Assembly (NCBI GenBank): GCA_905181585.1
Contig: CAJIYG010000005.1
Span: 32,615 to 96,614, forward strand
From: an uncultured Flavobacteriales bacterium
GTDB lineage: Bacteria; Bacteroidota; Bacteroidia; Flavobacteriales; BACL11
DNA: 64,000 bases
Direction of reading: 5' to 3'
Translations under genes and position numbers: made by a program
Part shown: piece after piece, positions 57,147 to 64,000 of the stretch
Layout: each line of letters begins with the position of its first letter
Numbering within the stretch: the stretch's first letter is position 1
Notes under the pieces: generated by a model
Databases searched by the model: none
What the model was told of the DNA's origin: nothing
Seen by the model: only the letters and a program-made list of their open reading frames with translations

Positions 57147-57758
57147 TTATTTAGTTAATATCATTGCACAATCGCTAGAGAAATCAATAGAAGTTATTAC
57201 AATATTAATAGAGCCTGAAAAATTTAAATTTAAATATGCTTCAGTAGCAGAAGTTAAATAACCACTTCCAGTAACATCTACATCAATATCTTGTCCTGTA
57301 GTAGGTTCAGAAAATTGAATAGTTGAAGGGGTAACAGTCATTAAACCTTCAGAAGAAATTGTTCCACTTACTAAAGTACCATTTAAATCAATAAATAAAG
57401 ATGATTGGCCATCAGAATTTATATCTATTGTCTCAGGCAATTGATCATTTAATGAAATAGTTGTTAAACCGGCAATAGAAATATCTTCACAGTTAGGATC
57501 TAAATTCCATGTTCCTTGAGCTAAGTCAAAAGCGTAATTACAGCTACCATCATCCGCATTTGCATTAGAATTAAAATTAAAAGCTGTAACATCTATGCAG
57601 CCTAAAATAGGCATGACACAAGATCCATCATCTGTATTTGCTAGATTATTAAAATTTAAAGCGGCAGAATCAGTGCATCCAAGTAATTCCTTTTCACAAG
57701 ATGAAAATATCAAAGAAATTATTGCTAAACTTAAAAGTAAAAGGTAAATATTTTTCAT
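57147..57758 (-). CDS. Lipoprotein of unknown family with two N-terminal Cys-bracketed 21-aa modules
   Basis: Lipobox IFSSC. The modules are GCTDSAALNFNNLANTDDGSC and GCIDVTAFNFNSNANADDGSC, followed by the shared ~125-aa domain. Confidence 0.5.
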   Translation of the reverse strand: MKNIYLLLLSLAIISLIFSSCEKELLGCTDSAALNFNNLANTDDGSCVMPILGCIDVTAFNFNSNANADDGSCNYAFDLAQGTWNLDPNCEDISIAGLTTISLNDQLPETIDINSDGQSSLFIDLNGTLVSGTISSEGLMTVTPSTIQFSEPTTGQDIDVDVTGSGYLTSATEAYLNLNFSGSINIVITSIDFSSDCAMILTK

Positions 57759-57774
57759 GATTTAATAGTATTTC

Positions 57775-57812
57775 AAAAAAAAAGTTGCTATAAATATAGC
57801 AACTTTTTTTTT
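57775..57812. terminator. Strong Rho-independent terminator directly after rpmB
   Basis: A9 - GTTGCTAT - AAAT - ATAGCAAC - T9. It lies 19 nt downstream of the rpmB stop on the minus strand. Confidence 0.75.
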
Positions 57813-57830
57813 ATAATTTCTTTTTAAGTA

Positions 57831-58070
57831 TTAAACTAGTACATTTCCGTTCTCTATAGCTTTAGAGAGGACAGAAGCTATTCCATTTTTATTAATTGTT
57901 CTTAGTGCATTTACAGATACCTTAAGAATAACCCATTCACCAGTTTCTGGAATAAAAAACTTTTTTGTTTGAAGATTAGGATAGAATTTTCTTTTCGTTC
58001 TTCTTTTTGAATGAGAGACATTATTACCTACCATTACTTTTTTACCTGTTATCTGACAAACTTTTGACAT
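57831..58070 (-). CDS. rpmB: 50S ribosomal protein L28
   Basis: [34 protein letters not shown] is canonical L28. 79 aa. Confidence 0.9.
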   Translation of the reverse strand: MSKVCQITGKKVMVGNNVSHSKRRTKRKFYPNLQTKKFFIPETGEWVILKVSVNALRTINKNGIASVLSKAIENGNVLV

Positions 58071-58090
58071 AATTTCTTGATTTTGGATTG

Positions 58091-58098
58091 CAAATATA
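58091..58098 (-). promoter_or_regulatory. -7 promoter box (TATATTTG) for rpmB
   Basis: Exact TAnnTTTG on the minus strand. The G is 21 nt upstream of the start at 58070. Confidence 0.45.
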
Positions 58099-58124
58099 CA
58101 ATCTAACAGTAAATTATAAGAAAT

Positions 58125-59357
58125 TTATTTAAGTTTTTTTATTTCTTTATAAATTAAGTCTAGAGACTTATCTAAAACTTGACTAATAACAAGCTCTCTA
58201 TCTCCACTAAATTGATATTTAGAAACATTAGTTGATGTTGGAGATGTAATTGAGATAAATACAGTTCCTACAGGTTGTTGAGCATTATCTAAAGATGGCC
58301 CTGCATATCCTGTTGTCGAAATTGAAAAATCTGAGTTAAATATTTCACAACAATTATTTGACATAACCTCTGCAACCTGCTTACTAACCGATGAATATTT
58401 TTTAATTAAATCTTTATCAATATTTAAAAATTTATGTTTTATATCATCGGAATAAGCTACTACACCTCCTCTAAAATAAGAAGAAGCTCCAGCATTTGCT
58501 GTAATTTTAGATGCAATTACTCCTCCAGAGCAACTTTCAGCAACCGATAAAGTATAATTATTTAAAGTAAAAAAATCATGAATTTTATTAAAAACATCTT
58601 CTAATATTTCCTCATACACAACAAGCTTACTTAATTTATGTAATTCATTATCAGTTATTTTCTTAAGTTGCTGTAAATCATTACCCTCACTACTTAGTCT
58701 AAGTCTAACAATTCCAGGCTTTGGTAAATATGCAAGTTTTAATTTATGATGTAAATTATTTTCCCATTCATTTAATAAAGATGCAAGTTGAGATTCTGGA
58801 ATATTTTTCACAAAAACTGTTTGGTGTAGAATGAATGGTAAATTATATTTTTTCTTAAAATAAGAAAGAAATTTATTAAGCAAAAACTTCATCTCATAAG
58901 GAACTCCTGGAAATGCAACTAAATGGTTAGATTTATTTAAATAAATTGCCGGAGCTGTTCCTATAGCATTTCTAAAAATTTTTGCTTTTGAAGGAACCAA
59001 AGCCTGTTCTTTATTTAACTTAGAAATATCTTCTCTACCCTTACTTTTAAAAAAAGAAGTTATATCATTTAAAACATCATTATCAACAATTAAAGTATCA
59101 TCAAAATAATCACACAAAACATCCTTTGTCAAATCATCATTTGTAGGCCCCAGACCACCAGTTAAAATAACTAAATTAGATCTTTTATATGCTAAGTCTA
59201 TTGCTTGTAAGATATCTTCTTTATGATCCCTTACAGTGTGAACATAATTACAATGAATACCTACATCACTTAAAGCTTGAGAAATAAAAGTAGCATTGGT
59301 ATTAACAATTTGGCCAATAAGAATTTCATCAGCAATTGAAATAATTTCAGCATTCAT
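58125..59357 (-). CDS. cinA: CinA family protein (MoCF-binding domain + nicotinamide-nucleotide amidase domain)
   Basis: IISIADEILIGQIVNTNA, LTGGLGPT.DD and a C-terminal ESCSGG motif. Confidence 0.85.
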   Translation of the reverse strand: MNAEIISIADEILIGQIVNTNATFISQALSDVGIHCNYVHTVRDHKEDILQAIDLAYKRSNLVILTGGLGPTNDDLTKDVLCDYFDDTLIVDNDVLNDITSFFKSKGREDISKLNKEQALVPSKAKIFRNAIGTAPAIYLNKSNHLVAFPGVPYEMKFLLNKFLSYFKKKYNLPFILHQTVFVKNIPESQLASLLNEWENNLHHKLKLAYLPKPGIVRLRLSSEGNDLQQLKKITDNELHKLSKLVVYEEILEDVFNKIHDFFTLNNYTLSVAESCSGGVIASKITANAGASSYFRGGVVAYSDDIKHKFLNIDKDLIKKYSSVSKQVAEVMSNNCCEIFNSDFSISTTGYAGPSLDNAQQPVGTVFISITSPTSTNVSKYQFSGDRELVISQVLDKSLDLIYKEIKKLK

Positions 59358-59364
59358 AAAATTA

Positions 59365-60249
59365 TTAAAATGCTGTTGTAGGGCCAGTTAGATGTTTTCT
59401 AGGAGCTGGCCTAATACACATAACAGGAATAGGTGAATTATTAATAATATATCTGGCTGTAACACTAATATTATTTGATAATGATAGTTCTTCTTTTTTT
59501 GTCATAATCATAATGATATCATCTTTAAATTTTTTCTCATAATCAAAAATATTATCTCCAATATTCTGCTTAATATCTCCATCAATTATTTCAGCTGTGC
59601 AAGCCACGCCGGCATCTAAAACAAATTTCTCTACTTGATTTAAGTTTTTTAATAATCTTTCTCTTATTTCAATATTGTCCTTTAAAACAACAGAAACAAG
59701 TCTAATTGTAGCACCCCAGTTGCGCGCATATTCTAAGGCATATGTTACTTTTTCTTTTGTTTCCTTGTCCAAGTCTAGCGGAACAATAATATTATTACAA
59801 TCTTGTACCTTATTAATCTCTTTAATTGTTATTACAGGACAATGCGCTAGTCTAACAACCCTTTCGGCGTTTGAGCCAATAACTTTTTTAATCTTATTCT
59901 TTGGAGAACCAGCAGTCCCCATTATTATCAGATCACAAGAAATCATTTCTGCTACTTCATTTATCTGATCATATATTTTTCCTTGAGATACTATTGGCTC
60001 AATTTCAACATTATATTGATCTTTTAAATCGCTAATAATTGCTGATAGTTTATTATGAATTTTTTTCTTTAAATCATGAGAATTATCATCTAAAAATAGA
60101 TTCTGGATAACACTTCTTTCTTCAAGAACAGTTAGTAAAAAAACTTTTGATTTATTAGCCTGAGCAAAATTAAGTGCTTGTTTTAAAGCAGTAATAGACT
60201 GCTCAGAAAATCCTATTGGAACTAATATTTTATTGGGCTTTAGTGACAT
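59365..60249 (-). CDS. Tandem-domain universal stress protein (UspA family)
   Basis: Two Usp domains (ILVPIGFSE... GS..E.V.R...CPV; IIVPLD...). I prefer the start MSLKPNKILVP at 60249 to the listed 60282. Confidence 0.75.
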   Translation of the reverse strand: MSLKPNKILVPIGFSEQSITALKQALNFAQANKSKVFLLTVLEERSVIQNLFLDDNSHDLKKKIHNKLSAIISDLKDQYNVEIEPIVSQGKIYDQINEVAEMISCDLIIMGTAGSPKNKIKKVIGSNAERVVRLAHCPVITIKEINKVQDCNNIIVPLDLDKETKEKVTYALEYARNWGATIRLVSVVLKDNIEIRERLLKNLNQVEKFVLDAGVACTAEIIDGDIKQNIGDNIFDYEKKFKDDIIMIMTKKEELSLSNNISVTARYIINNSPIPVMCIRPAPRKHLTGPTTAF

Positions 60250-60287
60250 ATAATTATTATCTTTACAAATGCAAAAATACATATTAA

Positions 60288-61148
60288 ATGAATAAACTAA
60301 AAGATAGTGAATTAATTCTCACATCTTCAGGAAGAATTTATCATCTAAACTTGAAAGAAGAAGAAGTTTCTGATAACATTATACTTGTTGGCGACCCTGA
60401 GAGAGTTAAACAAATATCCCAAAAATTTGACTCAATTGAATTTACGATTCAACACAGAGAGTTTATAACTCATACAGGTACTTTTAATAAAAAAAGAATT
60501 ACAGTAATTTCAACGGGTATTGGCGCAGATAATATTGACATTGTGATAAATGAACTAGATGCAGTTAAAAATATTGATTTTGACAGAAGAAAGATTAAAG
60601 AAAATAGAAAAAAACTAAATATTATTAGGCTTGGAACTTCCGGCTCATTAAGTAAAAGTATAAGTGTTGATGATTTTGTAGTATCATCATATGCATTAGG
60701 TTTCGATGGTCTTCCATATTTTTATAAAGATAACAGTAGACTGATTAAAGAAGCTGCACAAGAATTTATTCAACACACTAATTGGGATGTAAAGCATGCA
60801 ATGCCTTATGTTATTAAAGCTTCAAACTCATTATTTAAGAATTTTTCTGATTTTAAGCATGGTATAACAGCAACTGCTACTGGATTTTACGGACCCCAGT
60901 CTAGAGAGATCTTTTTAGAATCTTCTATTAAAGATTTTCAAAAAAAAATAGAAAATTATAAATATGACAATGAAATAATAACAAATTTTGAAATGGAAAC
61001 CTCTGCTTTATATTTTTTAGGACAAACTTTAGGCCATAATACACTTACAGTTTGTGCAATTCTTGGAAATAGGATAAATCAATCTTATAGTAAAACTCCT
61101 ATGAAAACAATAAATAAATTAATTGATAAGGTGTTAGAGAGAATTTAA
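60288..61148 (+). CDS. Nucleoside phosphorylase (PNP_UDP_1 superfamily, uridine/purine nucleoside phosphorylase-like)
   Basis: LVGDPERV, STGIG, R.GT.G and FEMET motifs. Confidence 0.65.
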   Translation: MNKLKDSELILTSSGRIYHLNLKEEEVSDNIILVGDPERVKQISQKFDSIEFTIQHREFITHTGTFNKKRITVISTGIGADNIDIVINELDAVKNIDFDRRKIKENRKKLNIIRLGTSGSLSKSISVDDFVVSSYALGFDGLPYFYKDNSRLIKEAAQEFIQHTNWDVKHAMPYVIKASNSLFKNFSDFKHGITATATGFYGPQSREIFLESSIKDFQKKIENYKYDNEIITNFEMETSALYFLGQTLGHNTLTVCAILGNRINQSYSKTPMKTINKLIDKVLERI

Positions 61149-61535
61149 CTTTTTTAAGAATATTTTAGGCGGAGAACATACTTTTTTGGTTTTTGAATTC
61201 ACAAAAATAAGTGTAACGCTACCTATATTTAGTAACTCTTTGTTAGCATTAAAACACTCATAATTGAAAATTAATTTGGAAGAAGGATTTTCGCTTAATA
61301 AAGTTACAACTGTAATTTCATCATCATAAAATGCTGGTTTTTTATATTTAATTTGGAAATCAATTACAGGAAGCTCATAACCAATATCTTCTAAACTCTT
61401 ATAACTTAAACCCAAAGAACGAAGTAATTCAACTCTTCCAACTTCATAATACTGAGCATAAACACCATAATATACAAACCCCATTTTATCAGTTTCACCA
61501 TACCTAACTCTTATTTTATGTGTATTCGAATACAT
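61134..61535 (-). CDS. Acyl-CoA thioesterase, YbgC/4HBT hotdog fold
   Basis: RVRYGETDKMGFVYYGVYAQYYEVGR carries the catalytic Asp context typical of YbgC. Confidence 0.75.
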   Translation of the reverse strand: MYSNTHKIRVRYGETDKMGFVYYGVYAQYYEVGRVELLRSLGLSYKSLEDIGYELPVIDFQIKYKKPAFYDDEITVVTLLSENPSSKLIFNYECFNANKELLNIGSVTLIFVNSKTKKVCSPPKIFLKKLNSL

Positions 61536-61605
61536 GCTACAATTTTATTAAAAATTTATCTATAATTGATAAATTCAAATTATTATTTATTAGTATTGTT
61601 CGGTA

Positions 61606-62307
61606 ATGAAAAAAAACTTAAGTGTAGTTCTAATTATATTTTTAAGTGGATGTATAAGTACATTCACATTAAAAGATTTTGAATCTGAATCTATTAAAGT
61701 TGATAATAGTATTGATAGTACTATTTATAAAATAATTCTTCCATATCAAGCTAAAATTGATTTTCAAATGGATAGGGTACTATGTTACACTAAAAATGAC
61801 CTTATAAAGGGAATGCCTGAAAGTAATTTAGGTAACTTAATTTGCGACTTATCATTAGAAACATCCAAACAAAAAGCTGATATGTGTATAATGAATAATG
61901 GTGGCTTAAGAAGTATTATTTTAAAAGGTCAAATAACTGAAAGAGATATTTTTAAAGTGATGCCTTTTGAAAATGAACTTGTAGTATTAAATCTTCATAA
62001 AGATGAATTCTACCAAATGCTTAAGTATGTTACTAAAAGAGGTGGAGAGCCTTTAGGGGGTATTAAAGTAGTTCAAAGTAAAGATACTATAAGTTACACG
62101 CTTAATAATAAAGTATCAATTTATAAAGATTCTATTAGTGTTCTAACAACTGACTATCTAGCAAATGGTGGAGATAAAATGAATTTTTTTAAAAATAAAG
62201 TTCAAAAAAAGTTAAATATAAAACTTAGAGATGCAATTATTAACTATTGCAAAAAACAAGATACATTAAATATCATTTTAGATCAACGAATTATTATTAA
62301 TGAATAA
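61606..62307 (+). CDS. 5'-nucleotidase C-terminal (substrate-binding) domain lipoprotein
   Basis: Lipobox LSGC. ESNLGNLICD, NNGG.R, FKVMPFENE and DYLANGGD motifs of the 5_nucleotid_C domain. Confidence 0.7.
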   Translation: MKKNLSVVLIIFLSGCISTFTLKDFESESIKVDNSIDSTIYKIILPYQAKIDFQMDRVLCYTKNDLIKGMPESNLGNLICDLSLETSKQKADMCIMNNGGLRSIILKGQITERDIFKVMPFENELVVLNLHKDEFYQMLKYVTKRGGEPLGGIKVVQSKDTISYTLNNKVSIYKDSISVLTTDYLANGGDKMNFFKNKVQKKLNIKLRDAIINYCKKQDTLNIILDQRIIINE

Positions 62308-63211
62308 TAGAAGAAAATTTATAATTAACTCAACTCTTGGAACATTAGGTTTAAGTTTATTTAGTAAATCACTATTTACTAAAGAAAACTTAAAACACTT
62401 AACGATTCTTCATACAAATGATATGCATAGCCATATACATCCCTTTAAATCTGGCAGCAATAAAGGACTTGGAGGAATGGCACAAAGAGCACATCTCATA
62501 AATAAAATTCGGAAAGAAAATACAAATATTCTTCTACTGGATTCAGGGGATATATTTCAAGGCACCCCTTATTTTAATATGTATGGAGGAGAGTTAGAGC
62601 TAAAATTAATGAGTAAAATGAATTATGATGCGTGTACAATTGGAAATCATGATCTTGATAATGGTCTAAATGGACTAAAAAAACAACTTAAGCATGCAAA
62701 TTTTCCCTTTCTAATTGCTAATTATGATTTTAGTGATACAATTTTAAAAGATACATTTTCTCCATTTAAAATATTTAATAAAAATGGCATAAGAGTTGGG
62801 ATATTTGGAATTGGGATTGAGTTGGATGGTTTAGTTCCAAAAAAATTATTTAATGAAACAAAATATCTTGATCCAATTGAAATAAGCAATAAATATTCAA
62901 AAGAACTAAAGGTTAAGCATAATTGTGATTTAGTTATTTGTTTATCACATTTAGGCTTTAAATACAAGAGCGAAAAAATCTCTGATATTAAATTAGCTAG
63001 CAAAACAAAAAACATAGATTTAATACTTGGAGGACATACTCATACTTTTTTAAAGAAGCCAGTAATGATCAAAAATCTAGAGGATAAAAATGTTATAATT
63101 AATCAAGTTGGATATGGAGGAATTAATATTGGCAAGATTGATTTTACTTTTCAACAAAACTTATATAAAATTGGTAGCGAAAAAAGTTCTATTTTAGTTA
63201 AAAACAAGTAA
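62300..63211 (+). CDS. Metallophosphoesterase (5'-nucleotidase N-terminal catalytic domain) with Tat-type signal
   Basis: NRRKFI twin-arginine-like signal. HTNDMH, GD..QG, GNHD and GGHTH metallophosphatase motifs. 8-nt overlap with the upstream gene. Confidence 0.75.
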   Translation: MNNRRKFIINSTLGTLGLSLFSKSLFTKENLKHLTILHTNDMHSHIHPFKSGSNKGLGGMAQRAHLINKIRKENTNILLLDSGDIFQGTPYFNMYGGELELKLMSKMNYDACTIGNHDLDNGLNGLKKQLKHANFPFLIANYDFSDTILKDTFSPFKIFNKNGIRVGIFGIGIELDGLVPKKLFNETKYLDPIEISNKYSKELKVKHNCDLVICLSHLGFKYKSEKISDIKLASKTKNIDLILGGHTHTFLKKPVMIKNLEDKNVIINQVGYGGINIGKIDFTFQQNLYKIGSEKSSILVKNK

Positions 63212-63461
63212 AAAATAGTTTTTTTCTCATAAATTTTCAACATTTTATCACCACCTCAAACCATGTGAAAATGTACTGTAAAAAAAAATACAAAGTCAAG
63301 TGCATTTTTTCTTTTTTATTAACTAATAGTTTTTCATATTTGTGTTTATCAAATTGATAATTTAAAAGTAGTTAAGCTTTATCCTTTACAAAAATTTCAT
63401 ACTGATATTAACAAAACAAAACGATTTTAATTTTTAATTTAAGCAAGTTCGAGAAGTAATT

Positions 63462-64000
63462 ATGACAGAAAAAAGTTTCCACGAAATTTGGGATAGCTGC
63501 CTTACAATCATAAAGGATAATGTAACTCATCAAAACTTTAAAACATGGTTTAAACCAATTAAACCAATTAGCCTTGTAGCTAACATTTTAACTATTCAAG
63601 TTCCTAGTCAATTTTTTTACGAGTGGCTAGAAAACAACTATATAACTCTACTAAAAAAAACTATTAAGAGAGAACTTGGAAAAGAAGCTAAACTAGAATA
63701 CCATATTGTACTTGAAAATTCTTCTGGATCTAAACCTTATGTATCCAGGATCCCAAGTAATGATCAAAAAAGAGTAAAAAATGAGCCAGTTAATATGCCT
63801 CTTAATATTAATAAGACATCAATAAGAAATCCCTTTATAATTCCAGGCCTTCAAAAGATTAATATCAACCCTCAACTTAACCAATCATATACATTTGACT
63901 CATTTATTGAAGGGGAGTGTAATAGACTTGCTAGATCAGCAGGTTTTGCTGTATCGCAAAATCCTGGAGGAACATCATTTAACCCTTTATATATCTATGG
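63462..64000 (+). CDS. dnaA: Chromosomal replication initiator DnaA, 5' partial (runs off the window)
   Basis: Not in the ORF track because it has no stop. ATG at 63462. It encodes W..CL..I........FKTWFKPI..., then the domain III start YTFD.FIEG..N.LA..A. The frame is open to 64000. Confidence 0.9.
   Translation, partial: MTEKSFHEIWDSCLTIIKDNVTHQNFKTWFKPIKPISLVANILTIQVPSQFFYEWLENNYITLLKKTIKRELGKEAKLEYHIVLENSSGSKPYVSRIPSNDQKRVKNEPVNMPLNINKTSIRNPFIIPGLQKININPQLNQSYTFDSFIEGECNRLARSAGFAVSQNPGGTSFNPLYIY

Noticed and set aside
63212-63461. Small ORF or sRNA in the dnaA upstream spacer
   Set aside because: There is no convincing ORF with a start context, no terminator-like hairpin and no exact -7 box. 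The spacer contains only AT-rich sequence and degenerate DnaA-box-like words.

Overview
This is a very AT-rich, tightly packed chromosomal core segment from a Bacteroidota genome, probably of the Flavobacteriia type. The lineage call rests on a T9SS C-terminal sorting domain, a fused CcsBA, the L28 / L33 / DUF4295 / FtsY genes, a DPP-IV plus POT transporter pair, a Wza/Wzc pair, and many exact TAnnTTTG -7 promoter boxes. Most boxes sit 13-23 nt upstream of start codons (or of the tRNA 5' end), and no Shine-Dalgarno sequences are visible. I can support about 65 protein genes, one tRNA-His(GTG) with an encoded G-1, five hairpin terminators and two in-frame coding tandem repeats. One repeat is in ribosomal protein S16 and one is the Wzc tyrosine tail. 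The window ends in the 5' part of dnaA. I found no rRNA, CRISPR array, transposase, integrase, phage gene or recognisable defence or toxin-antitoxin genes. In two islands of about 4 kb (roughly 12.5-16.7 kb and 27.5-31.0 kb) every gene is broken by single-base indels. Several indels sit at homopolymer runs, and the amino-acid sense resumes immediately in another frame. I read these as sequence-quality artefacts rather than gene decay, but this needs re-sequencing. I did not find a convincing undescribed multi-gene system. The best candidates for a second look are: (1) a three-gene cassette (M1 peptidase plus two paralogous cysteine-motif lipoproteins) inserted between rpmB and rpmG-DUF4295-ftsY; (2) a phosphosulfolactate synthase-DUF368-aroE operon; (3) a 12 x 18 bp near-perfect repeat in rpsP; (4) an unlisted 50-aa DUF4295 gene; (5) translational coupling of ccsBA and a BshB-like deacetylase. 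All family assignments come from motifs read by eye. No searches were run.
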